Counted from the stretch's first letter, positions 51,900-62,272 are shown. The stretch: DNA of 64,000 nt from an uncultured Bacteroides sp. (GCA_964447895.1 CAYUUN010000003.1:15825-79824), one strand, 5' to 3'. A program made the numbers and translations. Notes: generated by a model from the sequence alone, not told the origin.

Positions 51900-52871
51900 A
51901 TGAAAATACAGCGCATCAATCTACCCAACACCGGGCCACGACGGTTGCCTTTCTATCTCGCGACCGAAGAATGGATAGCCCGCTCGCTGCCCGCAGGAGA
52001 ATATTTTTTCGCCTGGCAAGTGGCGCCCACCGTGATTTGCGGGCGCCACCAGGATGCCGCATGCGAGATAGACGTGGATTTCTGCCGCTCCTCCGGCATT
52101 GATATATATAGGAGAAAAAGCGGCGGCGGAGCTGTGTATGCCGACAACAATAATATAATGTTCAGCTACGTGGGCCCGGCGGCTGCCGTGCAGGACGCCT
52201 TCGACCACTACACCGGGCGCGTGGCAGGGGCGCTGAGGTTGCTCGGACTGAATGCCGAGGCATCCGGACGCAACGACATACTGATCGACGGCAAGAAAGT
52301 GGCCGGCAATGCCTGCTGGCGCTGCGCCGACCGCTGCATCGTGCACGGCACTATGCTCTACGACACGGACGAGTACATGATGTGCCACGCCCTCACGCCG
52401 TCGCGGGCAAAACTGATGTCGCACAAGGTGAAGAGCGTGCCGTCGCGGGTCACCACCATCAAGGGCCGCCTGCCGCGGCTTTCCCTGCCCGATTTCCTGA
52501 ATCACATGCTCGACACCGTCTGCGACGGGTCCGTAGACATCCCGCCCGCCGCCCTGCCCGAAATAGAGGCTATTGAAAAGGAGTACTACCTTGAGGTATT
52601 CGGCAGCGGCAGCAGCGCGGGCACAGGAGTGCGCATCGAGGGTGTGGGCAATATTAATATTAATGTCAAAAGCACAGGCGACACAGTGGAAAGTGTCGCT
52701 ATAAGCGGCGATTTCTTTGCCGAGGAAGATGTGAACGGGCGACTTCGCGGACTTCAAGGGCTCCCGCTGTCCTTCCGTGCCATTTCCGACGCTCTCGGCG
52801 ACGGCCAGCTGGTGACAGCCCTCGACAATGCAGAACTCGCCAGAATGATAGTAGCAAGCAAACAATCTTAA
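51900..52871 (+). CDS. lplA: Lipoate-protein ligase A
   Basis: RRKSGGGAVYADNNNIMFS and GRNDILIDGKKVAGNA (adenylate-binding lysine). 323 aa from ATG 51900. Confidence 0.85.
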   Translation: MKIQRINLPNTGPRRLPFYLATEEWIARSLPAGEYFFAWQVAPTVICGRHQDAACEIDVDFCRSSGIDIYRRKSGGGAVYADNNNIMFSYVGPAAAVQDAFDHYTGRVAGALRLLGLNAEASGRNDILIDGKKVAGNACWRCADRCIVHGTMLYDTDEYMMCHALTPSRAKLMSHKVKSVPSRVTTIKGRLPRLSLPDFLNHMLDTVCDGSVDIPPAALPEIEAIEKEYYLEVFGSGSSAGTGVRIEGVGNININVKSTGDTVESVAISGDFFAEEDVNGRLRGLQGLPLSFRAISDALGDGQLVTALDNAELARMIVASKQS

Positions 52872-52885
52872 TTCCGAACCATAAC

Positions 52886-53968
52886 ATGGAAAACCTTAAA
52901 AAAACACCGCTACACGGCCGCCACACCGAAGCCGGGGCCAAAATGAGCCCCTTCGGCGGTTTCGACATGCCCATTGAATACACCGGCATTGTCGAAGAGC
53001 ACGAGGCGGTGAGAAATCACGTTGGAGTGTTCGACGTGTCCCACATGGGAGAAGTATTCGTAGAAGGAAACGAGGCCACCCGCTTCGTAAACTATATTTT
53101 CACCAACGATGTGACCGGTCTCGCCGTGGGACGCATTCTCTACGGCATGATGCTGAACCCGGAGGGAGGCACCATCGACGACCTGCTGGTGTATCGCATG
53201 GGCGCCGAGCGCTATCTGCTCGTGATCAATGCATCGAACATCGCCAAAGACGTGGCCTGGATAATGACCCACGCGCAGGCATTCGACGTGCGCGCAGTGA
53301 ACTGCAGCGACGACTGGGCCGAGCTGGCCATCCAGGGCCCCGAGGCCGAGGCCACGATGCTGAAGGTGCTGGGCATAGATGCCACGGGCATTCCCTTCTA
53401 CGGCTTCAAGGAGTCGTCGGGCATGATAGTGAGCCGCACGGGCTACACCGGCGAAGACGGCTTTGAAATATACGCCACGCCCGAACGCATCGACAGCTTC
53501 TGGCAGAAGCTGATGGATGCCGGGGTGCAACCATGCGGACTGGGCTGCCGCGACACACTGCGTTTTGAGGCCGGACTGCCGCTTTACGGCGACGAACTGG
53601 ACGAGAACATTTCGCCTGTAGAAGCCGGCCTCGGAATGTTTGTGAAGGTCGACAAGCCCGATTTCATTGGCCGCGCGGCTGTGGCGGCACAGAAAGCCGA
53701 CGGCGTAGCCAAAAAGATAGTGGGGCTTGAAATCGAAGGACCCGCCATAGCCCGCCACGGCTACGACGTGCTCGACATGGACGGCAACCCTGTGGGCACA
53801 GTGACCACCGGCTACCGCTCCATCACCCTGGGCCGCAACCTGGCGATGGCACTTGTGGATGCCGGCCACGCCGCGCTCGGAACCCCGCTGCAGGTGAAGG
53901 TGCGCAAAAAGGTATTCCCCGCACATGTGATAAAAAAACGCTTCTACACACCCAATTACAAGAAATAA
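52886..53968 (+). CDS. gcvT: Glycine cleavage system aminomethyltransferase (T protein)
   Basis: Canonical GcvT (GGFDMPIEY, FDVSHMGE, TGYTGEDGFEI). Confidence 0.95.
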   Translation: MENLKKTPLHGRHTEAGAKMSPFGGFDMPIEYTGIVEEHEAVRNHVGVFDVSHMGEVFVEGNEATRFVNYIFTNDVTGLAVGRILYGMMLNPEGGTIDDLLVYRMGAERYLLVINASNIAKDVAWIMTHAQAFDVRAVNCSDDWAELAIQGPEAEATMLKVLGIDATGIPFYGFKESSGMIVSRTGYTGEDGFEIYATPERIDSFWQKLMDAGVQPCGLGCRDTLRFEAGLPLYGDELDENISPVEAGLGMFVKVDKPDFIGRAAVAAQKADGVAKKIVGLEIEGPAIARHGYDVLDMDGNPVGTVTTGYRSITLGRNLAMALVDAGHAALGTPLQVKVRKKVFPAHVIKKRFYTPNYKK

Positions 53969-53981
53969 AACAAATAGCGCT

Positions 53982-54359
53982 ATGGAAAAAATACTCTATC
54001 TTCCCACCCACGAATATATCCGCATCGAAGGAAACAAAGGCTATGTGGGCATCTCCGAATATGCTGCAAAGCAGCTTGGCAACGTAGTGTACGTAGACAT
54101 GCCCGAGGTTGACGACGAAGTCACAGCCGGCGAAGAATTCGGCGCCATCGAGAGCGTGAAGGCCGCCAGCGATCTTTTCTCACCCGTGACCGGCACAGTG
54201 GTGGCCGTGAACGAAGCTCTCGTAGACGAGCCCGGTCTGGTGGGTAAAGACCCCATGAACCAGTGGATCATAGCTGTGGAGATGGACGATCTCGACGAAC
54301 TCGACGGACTTCTCACACCCGAAGCCTACGCCGAGCTTTGCGCCAACGAAAAGCACTGA
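53982..54359 (+). CDS. gcvH: Glycine cleavage system H protein
   Basis: 125 aa. Lipoyl-lysine motif AIESVKAASDLFSPV. Confidence 0.95.
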   Translation: MEKILYLPTHEYIRIEGNKGYVGISEYAAKQLGNVVYVDMPEVDDEVTAGEEFGAIESVKAASDLFSPVTGTVVAVNEALVDEPGLVGKDPMNQWIIAVEMDDLDELDGLLTPEAYAELCANEKH

Positions 54360-54363
54360 CACA

Positions 54364-55713
54364 ATGAGCGCAACCCATCATTATTTTCCTCACACGCAGG
54401 AAGATATCAAGGCGATGCTCGAGCGCTGCGGCGCCGCGGACATCGACGGGCTCTATAGCGACGTTTCGCCGGAGCTGCGCATGGCTTCGCCCTACAAGCT
54501 GCCTGCCGCGATGACCGAGCCGGAGCTGCGCCGCTTCTTCGGCGCTCTCGACCGTAAGAACGAGCCGCTCACATGCTTTGCAGGCGCCGGTGTGTATCAC
54601 CATTTTACCCCGGCCGCAGTCGAAAACATCGTTTCGCGCTCGGAATTTCTTACTGCCTACACGCCCTATCAGCCCGAAGTGTCGCAGGGCACCCTGCAGT
54701 ACATCTTCGAATATCAGTCGATGATGTGCGAGCTCACCGGTCTCGACGTGAGCAACGCGTCGCTCTACGATGGCGCTACCGCCACCGCGGAAGCAATGCT
54801 GATGTGCGTGGCGTCGGCTAAAAAGAAAAACCGCGTGCTCATTTCGGCCACGGTAAATCCGGCCGTGGCTCAGGTGTGCGGCACATACGCCCGCTGGCAC
54901 GGGATCGCCCTCGATACCATTCCCGAGCACGACGGCGTCACCAGCCTCGAGGCGCTCGATGAAATGCTGGGCGCAGGCGACGTGGCAGGCGTAATTCTTC
55001 CGCAGCCCAACTACTACGGCATCGTCGAGGATTTCAGCGGTGTCGGCGAAAAGATTCATGCCGTGAAGGCCTTGATGGTGATGAACTGCATCGCCTCCAC
55101 GCTGGCCGTGCTGCGCACTCCCGCGCAATGGGGCGCCGATGTGGCTGTGGGCGATGCCCAGTCGCTGGGTATGCCCATGAACTACGGAGGGCCCTATCTC
55201 GGCTACATGTGCACCACCCGGGCACTCATGCGCAAGATGCCCGGACGCATCGTGGGCGCTACCACCGACGGCAACGGCAAGCGCGTGTTCGTGCTCACCC
55301 TTCAGGCCCGCGAGCAGCACATCCGCCGCGACAAGGCCACAAGCAACATCTGCTCCAACCAGGGAATTATGGCGCTCCACACGGCTGCCTATCTCTCGCT
55401 GATGGGAGCCGAGGGGCTGAAAGAGATTAACGACGCCGGCTGCGCGGCAATGCACCGGCTCGCCCGCATGCTGTGCTCTACGGGCCGTGTTGAGCTCGCC
55501 TACCCGGCTCGTCCCTATCTCAATGAGGCACTGCTGCGCCTTAAGCCCGGACTTTCAGCAAGAAAAGTCATTGAAACCGCGGCCGCGCACGGGATATTGG
55601 CAGGCGTTGAGGTGGCACCCGACCTTCTTTTGGTGGCGTGCACAGAGATGCAGACGCCCGATGATATCGATGCCTATGTTGAACTCGTTAAAAACCTCAC
55701 CATCTATGAATAG
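54364..55713 (+). CDS. gcvPA: Glycine dehydrogenase (decarboxylating) subunit 1
   Basis: 449 aa. YTPYQPEVSQGTLQ motif and position in the gcv cluster. Split P-protein architecture. Confidence 0.9.
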   Translation: MSATHHYFPHTQEDIKAMLERCGAADIDGLYSDVSPELRMASPYKLPAAMTEPELRRFFGALDRKNEPLTCFAGAGVYHHFTPAAVENIVSRSEFLTAYTPYQPEVSQGTLQYIFEYQSMMCELTGLDVSNASLYDGATATAEAMLMCVASAKKKNRVLISATVNPAVAQVCGTYARWHGIALDTIPEHDGVTSLEALDEMLGAGDVAGVILPQPNYYGIVEDFSGVGEKIHAVKALMVMNCIASTLAVLRTPAQWGADVAVGDAQSLGMPMNYGGPYLGYMCTTRALMRKMPGRIVGATTDGNGKRVFVLTLQAREQHIRRDKATSNICSNQGIMALHTAAYLSLMGAEGLKEINDAGCAAMHRLARMLCSTGRVELAYPARPYLNEALLRLKPGLSARKVIETAAAHGILAGVEVAPDLLLVACTEMQTPDDIDAYVELVKNLTIYE

Positions 55714-57175
55714 CGAGCTTTACGACAAACTGATATTTGAATTGTCGCGCGAGGGCAGGCGCGGAGCCGCGATTCCAGTGACGGAAGAAGCCCGCGGGGC
55801 AGTTGCCGGTTCTATCCCGGCCCATCTGCTCAGGGATTCTGCTCCCGAGCTGCCCATGGTGGACGAGCCTTCGGCTGTACGCCACTATACCAACATGAGT
55901 ACCAACAATTTCGGCGTGGACACGGGTTTCTACCCTCTGGGGTCGTGCACCATGAAGTACAATCCCAAAATCAACGAGACTCTTGCTACGTCGCCCTCGG
56001 TTGAGTCCCTTCACCCCTTCCAGCCTGCAGCTACGGCACAAGGCGCTCTCGAGGTGTACTATACGCTGCAAGGCTTCCTGGCCGAAATCGGCGGCATGGC
56101 CGAGTTTTCACTCAACCCCTATGCAGGTGCCCACGGCGAGCTCACCGGCCTGATGGTGATACGCGCCTATCATGCCGAGAGAGGCGACTTCGGACGAACG
56201 AAGGTAATAGTGCCCGACTCGGCCCACGGCACCAATCCCGCAAGCGCAGCCGTGGCCGGTCTTCAGATAGTGGAGACGCGAAGCATGCCCGACGGCACCG
56301 TCGACCTTGACGACCTGCGCTCTAAGCTCGACGACAGCATCGCCGCCGTGATGCTCACAAATCCGAACACCACCGGAATGTTTGAGCGCCGTATTCCCGA
56401 AATTGCTGAAGCCGTGCATGCAGCGGGCGCCCTGCTCTATTACGACGGCGCCAATCTCAACCCCATGCTGGGCGTGGCCCGGCCAGGAGATATGGGCTTC
56501 GATGTGATGCATATAAACCTGCACAAGACGTTCTCCACGCCTCATGGCGGCGGTGGTCCGGGTGCGGGTCCCGTGGGCGTGCGCAGCGGCCTTGAGAAAT
56601 ACCTGCCGAATCCTCGCGTGGTGAAGCTCGACGACGGAAGTTTCGATGTGGTCACAGGCAACGACGATGCTCTGGGTCGCATCAGTTTCTGGCTTGGCAA
56701 CTATACCGTGCTGAGACGCGCCCTTGCCTATATTCTCACCCTCGGAAAGGACGGACTGATGCAGGCAGGCCCCTATGCAACCTTGGCGGCCAACTATGTG
56801 ATGAATTCCCTCAGCCACCTGTACAAACTCCCCATTCCGGGACCATGCAAGCATGAGTTTGTATTCGACGGGCTGATTGACAAGAGTACGGGCGTGACCA
56901 CCTTGAATATCGCAAAGCGGCTGCTCGACAAGGGTTTCCACGCTCCCACAATTTATTTCCCGCTGCTCTTCCACGAGTCGCTGATGATAGAGCCAACAGA
57001 AACGGAAAGCAAAGAAACCCTCGACGATTTCATCGAGGCCATGAAGGAAATAGCCCGCGAGGCAGCGGTGAATCCCGACTTGCTGAAACAGGCTCCACTC
57101 TGCACACCCATGTCGCACCCCGACGAAACGGAAGCAGCAACGCACCCCCGCTTGAAATGGAAAGATTTGATGTAA
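55706..57175 (+). CDS. gcvPB: Glycine dehydrogenase (decarboxylating) subunit 2
   Basis: PLP lysine in NLHKTFSTPHGGGGPG. Start at ATG 55706 (MNSELYDKLIFELS), overlapping gcvPA by 8 nt. The ORF-track start 55487 lies inside gcvPA. Confidence 0.9.
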   Translation: MNSELYDKLIFELSREGRRGAAIPVTEEARGAVAGSIPAHLLRDSAPELPMVDEPSAVRHYTNMSTNNFGVDTGFYPLGSCTMKYNPKINETLATSPSVESLHPFQPAATAQGALEVYYTLQGFLAEIGGMAEFSLNPYAGAHGELTGLMVIRAYHAERGDFGRTKVIVPDSAHGTNPASAAVAGLQIVETRSMPDGTVDLDDLRSKLDDSIAAVMLTNPNTTGMFERRIPEIAEAVHAAGALLYYDGANLNPMLGVARPGDMGFDVMHINLHKTFSTPHGGGGPGAGPVGVRSGLEKYLPNPRVVKLDDGSFDVVTGNDDALGRISFWLGNYTVLRRALAYILTLGKDGLMQAGPYATLAANYVMNSLSHLYKLPIPGPCKHEFVFDGLIDKSTGVTTLNIAKRLLDKGFHAPTIYFPLLFHESLMIEPTETESKETLDDFIEAMKEIAREAAVNPDLLKQAPLCTPMSHPDETEAATHPRLKWKDLM

Positions 57176-58491
57176 TTATAATAGGTGCCGGTCCCGGCGG
57201 CTACGAAGTGGCCGCCGAACTGGCCGCCACCGGTCAAAGTGTGGCCGTAATCGAGCGAGACCGCCTCGGTGGCACCTGTCTTAACCGCGGATGCATACCC
57301 ACGAAATGCCTATGCGCCACGGCTTCACATGTCCTGGAGGCAGCCAAAGCAGCGGAGTTCGGAGTGAATGTGGGCGAAGTGTCGGTAGACTATTCCGCAG
57401 CGCGCAAGCGCATGTGGCAAGTGGTCGATAACCTGCGCGAGGGCGTTCGGGCCGTGCTGGGGCAGGTGCGCGTGATGGAGGGCGAGGCGAAAATCAATCC
57501 CGACGGCACCATTGCCGTGGGCGACGACATCTTCGGTGCCGACAAGGTGCTGATTGCCACCGGTTCGCGTCCTGCACTTCCGGCCATCCCCGGCATAGAA
57601 CACGCTATCAGCAGCGACGAGCTTCTCAACCGTGAAATGGAAGTACCGGAAAGACTTACCATCGTGGGCGGTGGCGTGATCGGGATCGAATTTGCCAGCA
57701 TTTTCAACGCACTTGGCAGCAAGGTCACCGTGGTTGAATATTGCAAGGAAATCCTTCCTCAGTTCGACGAAGATATCGCCAAGCGTCTGCGCATGGCGCT
57801 CCGTTCAAGAGGCATTGACATTGCTACCGGCGCCTGCGTCCGGTCCATCGACGAGAATAAAACTGTGGTCTATGAATCCAAAAAAGGCCTGAAAACCGTA
57901 GAGGGCGATGTCGTGCTCGTGGCCACAGGTCGAGCTCCGGTCGTGCCAGAAGGCACGGAAGAGGCCGGCATAGCTGTCAATGCGAAAGGGTTCATCGAGG
58001 TGGACGACCGCATGTGCACTACCCGTCCCGGGTTCTACGCCGCGGGAGATGTCACCGGACTGTGCATGCTCGCCCACGCAGCCACGGCTCAGGCGCGGAA
58101 AGCCCTTTTGCCCGATGGCGACGACATCGATATTTATACCATCCCTTCGGCTGTTTTCTCTGTGCCCGAGGCCGCAATGGTTGGACTCACGGGCGCCGAG
58201 TGTGCATCGCATGGAGTGGAATACGCAGAAGTCAAGGCAAACTACGCGGCCAATGGAAAAGCACAGGCCGACGGCTGCACCACAGGCGTAGTAAAAATCA
58301 TGTACAGCCCCGCCACCAGGTTGATTCTTGGGGTGCATGTGCTGGGCGAACACGCTTCGGACATCGTGGCGGAAGCCGCCGCCCTGATTTACAGCATGAC
58401 CACAATCGACGACCTCGCCGGCAATCTTGTGCACGGACACCCCACCCTGTCGGAGATACTTCAGTCGGCCGCAAAGCGGAGCACCACATAG
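57157..58491 (+). CDS. lpdA: Dihydrolipoyl dehydrogenase (L protein)
   Basis: FAD motif IIIGAGPGGY, redox disulfide GGTCLNRGCIPTK and C-terminal HGHPTLSE. It overlaps gcvPB by 19 nt. Confidence 0.88.
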   Translation: MERFDVIIIGAGPGGYEVAAELAATGQSVAVIERDRLGGTCLNRGCIPTKCLCATASHVLEAAKAAEFGVNVGEVSVDYSAARKRMWQVVDNLREGVRAVLGQVRVMEGEAKINPDGTIAVGDDIFGADKVLIATGSRPALPAIPGIEHAISSDELLNREMEVPERLTIVGGGVIGIEFASIFNALGSKVTVVEYCKEILPQFDEDIAKRLRMALRSRGIDIATGACVRSIDENKTVVYESKKGLKTVEGDVVLVATGRAPVVPEGTEEAGIAVNAKGFIEVDDRMCTTRPGFYAAGDVTGLCMLAHAATAQARKALLPDGDDIDIYTIPSAVFSVPEAAMVGLTGAECASHGVEYAEVKANYAANGKAQADGCTTGVVKIMYSPATRLILGVHVLGEHASDIVAEAAALIYSMTTIDDLAGNLVHGHPTLSEILQSAAKRSTT

Positions 58492-59804
58492 CTGCGGCTG
58501 CGTTTCGTGACCGGGAAGTGCGCCGAAGTGCGCACGCCCGGCACCCACACCACGCGGTCGTCGCGTGTGAGAATCCATGCATCGCGCTTCTGCCCGGCCG
58601 TCATCTTGGCGTCAGAAAACAGGTCGCTCACCAGCCGCGTGCCCTTCATGCCGAAAGGACGTATTCTGTCGCCACGGTGCCATCTCCGAAGCACCCAGCG
58701 CGCAGTTTCGTCGAAAGCCGTGCCGTCCATATACATCACGCAAGGCGATGCCACGGGCGCGAATTCCTTTACGTTCCGGGAGCGGTCCACACTGATGTGC
58801 ACCGGGAAAGTCACATCCTCGCTGAAATCCAGGATGTACTCTTCTTCCGTGGCTGCGACGGCCTCCGCGCGCCTTACGGACAGGAGACCACGGCTGAGTT
58901 CGGCGGTGTATGTGCCGGCAGGCGAGGCAAATGTCGCCCCCGAACGCATGACATCGCTCAGAACGTTCGACACCTGGGTCATGGTGAATCCGGCGGGTCG
59001 CAGAATCTCGAACAGTAACACGGCGGCATCGGAATGCTCCGACAGTTTCGCCACGTCTATCTCGCCGCTCTCAAGACTTCCGAATTTCGCGGCGGAATCC
59101 GCAACGGCATGTTCATAGACCGAACGGGCTTCGGCCAGCATCTGCATCGTGCGCTCGACACCCTCGGAGGCGCCGGGAATAAGTTCGTTGAATAGAGGTA
59201 CAAGGCGGTTGCGTATTTTGTTGCGCCGGTAATGGTCCTGGGCGTTTGTGCTGTCTTCGACATAGGTAAGGCCACGCTCGTGCAGATATTGCTCAATCTG
59301 CCGCCGCGTGCAGTCGAGCAGAGGGCGCACCACATGGTCGCGGCGATACGCCATCCCGGTAAGCCCGGCTATCCCTGTGCCTCGTGCCAGATTCAGAAAA
59401 AAAGTCTCGACATTGTCCTCGCGATGGTGCCCCACGGCCACATCGTCGGCCCGCAGCAGCGTGAGCAACTCGTCGAACCACTCGTATCTAAGCCGGCGGC
59501 AAGCCATCTCCACGCTCTCGCCCGTGGCTGCCATCGCAGCCGGCACGTCGAAATCCTTGATGTACAGATCTACCCCGAGATCTTCAGTGAGCCGCTCTAC
59601 AAACCGCATGTCGCGGATGCTTTCATCGCCGCGTAGATGGAAGTTGCAATGCGCTGCAACACACTGAAATCCCTCCTCGCAGAGCACAGAGAGCAGGGCC
59701 ACGGAATCGGCACCTCCGCTCAAGGCCACCACCACCGGGAGGTCGGGGCGGAGACGCAGACGCTCTCCCAGGGTAAACCGCACTATTTTCCTCAGTTCAT
59801 TCAC
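58461..59804 (-). CDS. tilS: tRNA(Ile)-lysidine synthetase
   Basis: PP-loop VALSGGADS and HHREDNVETFFLNL. Apparent GTG start at 59804. The 3' end overlaps lpdA by 31 nt (convergent). Confidence 0.9.
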   Translation of the reverse strand: MNELRKIVRFTLGERLRLRPDLPVVVALSGGADSVALLSVLCEEGFQCVAAHCNFHLRGDESIRDMRFVERLTEDLGVDLYIKDFDVPAAMAATGESVEMACRRLRYEWFDELLTLLRADDVAVGHHREDNVETFFLNLARGTGIAGLTGMAYRRDHVVRPLLDCTRRQIEQYLHERGLTYVEDSTNAQDHYRRNKIRNRLVPLFNELIPGASEGVERTMQMLAEARSVYEHAVADSAAKFGSLESGEIDVAKLSEHSDAAVLLFEILRPAGFTMTQVSNVLSDVMRSGATFASPAGTYTAELSRGLLSVRRAEAVAATEEEYILDFSEDVTFPVHISVDRSRNVKEFAPVASPCVMYMDGTAFDETARWVLRRWHRGDRIRPFGMKGTRLVSDLFSDAKMTAGQKRDAWILTRDDRVVWVPGVRTSAHFPVTKRSRSYVVLRFAAD

Positions 59805-59808
59805 GATG

Positions 59809-59816
59809 CAAAGTTA
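59809..59816 (-). promoter_or_regulatory. Possible -7 box immediately upstream of tilS
   Basis: Minus strand reads TAACTTTG, only 4 nt from the GTG start. A leaderless GTG start would be unusual, so this call is doubtful. Confidence 0.3.
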
Positions 59817-59889
59817 AGATTAAATCGCGACTATCCCGCCCCCGGCAAAAGAATTTTCCAAAATCTTTCCTATTTCCCTATTTATTTCG

Positions 59890-59897
59890 TACTTTTG
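59890..59897 (+). promoter_or_regulatory. -7 promoter box for pheS-nth-TRIC-gtrA
   Basis: TACTTTTG, 31 nt upstream of ATG 59929. Confidence 0.5.
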
Positions 59898-59928
59898 CAC
59901 AACAATTAAAAGGACCATTGAATACGAT

Positions 59929-60954
59929 ATGATCGACAAGATAAAATCGCTGCGGGCAGTCATAGAAAACGCTGTGGCCGCAAGCGCCGACGAAGTTGAA
60001 GCTCTCCGCATCAAATATCTCAGCAAGAAAGGCGAGATATCGCAGCTCATGGCCGATTTCCGCAATGTTCCCGCCGAGCAGAAGCGCGAGATAGGTCAGG
60101 CCATCAACGAGCTGAAAAATTACGCCACCGAGCGCATCAATGCGCTGCGCGAGGCTGCCGAGACAGCCAATGCAGCTGCCGAGGCCGCCGCTCTCGACCT
60201 CACACGCACTCCGGTGCCTTCGCCCATGGGCACGCGTCACCCGCTGTCGCTTGTGCGCGAAGAAATCGTGGCTATCTTCCGCCGCCTCGGTTTCTCCATC
60301 GCCGATGGCCCCGAGATAGAAGACGACTGGCACGTATTCTCCGCCCTCAATTTTGCCGAAGACCACCCCGCCCGCGACATGCAGGACACGTTCTTCATCA
60401 GCACTTCGCCCGAAGTGGTGCTCCGCACACACACCTCGTCGGTGCAGACGCGCGTGATGGAACACGCCGAGCCCCCTATCCGCATCATCTGCCCGGGACG
60501 CGTGTATCGCAACGAAGCCATTTCGGCGCGCGCGCATTGTTTCTTCCACCAGTTGGAAGCCTTGTATGTCGATCGCGACGTGACGTTTGCCGACCTTCGC
60601 CAGACGCTCCTCTACTTCGCCCGCGAGATGTTCGGCCCCGAGACCAAGATTCGTCTGCGTCCCAGCTATTTCCCCTTCACCGAACCCTCGGCCGAGATGG
60701 ATATCAGCTGCAACCTGTGCGGCGGCAAAGGCTGTTCCTTCTGCAAGCACACAGGATGGGTGGAAATCCTGGGCTGCGGCATGGTGGACCCGAACGTGCT
60801 TAAATCCTGCGGCATCGACCCGGAGGTGTATTCCGGTTTCGCCCTGGGCATGGGCATTGAGCGCATAGCCAACCTCAAATATCGCGTGAACGACCTGCGC
60901 CTGTTCTCTGAAAACGACGCCCGCTTCCTCGACGAATTCACGGCCCTGCGCTGA
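59929..60954 (+). CDS. pheS: Phenylalanine-tRNA ligase alpha subunit
   Basis: Canonical PheS class II motifs (HPARDMQDTFF, GRVYRNE, GFALGMGIERI). Confidence 0.97.
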   Translation: MIDKIKSLRAVIENAVAASADEVEALRIKYLSKKGEISQLMADFRNVPAEQKREIGQAINELKNYATERINALREAAETANAAAEAAALDLTRTPVPSPMGTRHPLSLVREEIVAIFRRLGFSIADGPEIEDDWHVFSALNFAEDHPARDMQDTFFISTSPEVVLRTHTSSVQTRVMEHAEPPIRIICPGRVYRNEAISARAHCFFHQLEALYVDRDVTFADLRQTLLYFAREMFGPETKIRLRPSYFPFTEPSAEMDISCNLCGGKGCSFCKHTGWVEILGCGMVDPNVLKSCGIDPEVYSGFALGMGIERIANLKYRVNDLRLFSENDARFLDEFTALR

Positions 60955-60956
60955 CG

Positions 60957-61604
60957 ATGACCCTGAAACAACGCTACGACGAGGCTCTGCGCTATTTCGC
61001 CGAGGTAATGCCCGAGCCCAAGACCGAGCTTGATTTCGACAACCCGTTTCAACTGCTCGTGGCCGTCATTCTATCGGCCCAGTGCACCGACAAGCGGGTG
61101 AACATGGTGACGCCCGCCCTGCTGGCTGCATTCCCTACACCCGAGAAAATGGCCCAGGCATCGCCGGATGATATCCTGCCCTATATATCTTCGGTGTCGT
61201 ATCCCAACAACAAAGCCAAGGCTCTTGCCGGCATGGCCCGAAAGCTTCATGAAGATTTCAACGACCGCGTGCCCGACAACATGGACGACCTTTTGACCAT
61301 ACCCGGAGTGGGACGCAAGACTGCAAACGTGATTCTATCCGTGGTGTTCGGCAAAGCTGCCATGGCCGTGGACACGCACGTGTTCAGAGTGGCCGAGCGC
61401 ATAGGTCTGACCACCGGAAGCACCTCTCCTCTGACCACGGAGCAGCAACTGATCAAACATATCCCCGAACAGCTCGTGGGCAAAGCCCACCACTGGCTGA
61501 TATTGCACGGGCGATACACGTGTAAGGCACGCAAGCCGCTGTGCGACACCTGCGGTCTGGCGCCGGCTTGCCGCTACTATCAAAAACATCAAAACGAGGT
61601 GTGA
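60957..61604 (+). CDS. nth: Endonuclease III
   Basis: HhH-GPD motif LPGVGRKTANV, VDTHVFRV and the C-terminal Fe-S cluster CKARKPLCDTCGLAPAC. Confidence 0.95.
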   Translation: MTLKQRYDEALRYFAEVMPEPKTELDFDNPFQLLVAVILSAQCTDKRVNMVTPALLAAFPTPEKMAQASPDDILPYISSVSYPNNKAKALAGMARKLHEDFNDRVPDNMDDLLTIPGVGRKTANVILSVVFGKAAMAVDTHVFRVAERIGLTTGSTSPLTTEQQLIKHIPEQLVGKAHHWLILHGRYTCKARKPLCDTCGLAPACRYYQKHQNEV

Positions 61605-61615
61605 ACACCTGAGAA

Positions 61616-62272
61616 ATGGACGAACTTTTCATCAACATCATAGAGATACTGGGCACCGCGGCCTTCGCTATCTCAGGCATACGCCTGTCGGCCGCGCGCC
61701 GTTTCGACTGGTTCGGCGCCTACGTGGTAGGTCTTGTCACTGCCATTGGCGGAGGAACGCTGCGCGACATCATCCTCGACCTCCCGGTGTTCTGGATGCT
61801 CTCGCCGGTGTATCTTATAGTGACCGGTATCGCCCTTGTGGCCGTGCTGATTTTCCGGCAGGCTCTGGTGAAAGGCATGCGCACCCTGTTTATCTTCGAC
61901 GCCATTGGACTGGCGCTGTTTGTGGTCGTGGGCGTGCAGCGCACGCTTGCTGCCGGCTGGCCGGTGTGGGTGGCGCTGGTGATGGGAACCATCACGGGCT
62001 CTTTCGGCGGCATCATCCGCGACATTCTCATCAACGAGCAACCCCTGTTTTTCCGCAAGGATATCTACGCCACAGCGTGCCTGGCCGGCGGAGCCGTCTA
62101 TTGCCTGCTCATCCAGCCGTGGTGGAGCGACATCGTGCCACAGGTGGCGTGTGCCGTCACCGTGATAGGGCTGCGCGTGGCAGCCGTTCATTTCAACTGG
62201 TCGCTGCCCATCCTCAAGGTAGACCGCAACCTTCTGCCCGAAGAAAAGAACTACAACCATGAAAGGGACTAA
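61616..62272 (+). CDS. Trimeric intracellular cation channel (TRIC / UPF0126, YadS-like) family protein
   Basis: Two internal repeats with Gly-rich kinks (GTAAFAISG, TAIGGGTLRD / GSFGGIIRD). Seven TM segments. Confidence 0.8.
   Translation: MDELFINIIEILGTAAFAISGIRLSAARRFDWFGAYVVGLVTAIGGGTLRDIILDLPVFWMLSPVYLIVTGIALVAVLIFRQALVKGMRTLFIFDAIGLALFVVVGVQRTLAAGWPVWVALVMGTITGSFGGIIRDILINEQPLFFRKDIYATACLAGGAVYCLLIQPWWSDIVPQVACAVTVIGLRVAAVHFNWSLPILKVDRNLLPEEKNYNHERD

Noticed and set aside
49427-57145. Long antisense ORFs opposite the RNase E/G gene, lplA, gcvT, gcvPA and gcvPB (for example 49427-51022, 51921-52865, 52910-53926, 54313-55455 and 56108-57145).
   Set aside because: Same reasoning as above. 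In each case the sense strand encodes a canonical protein.
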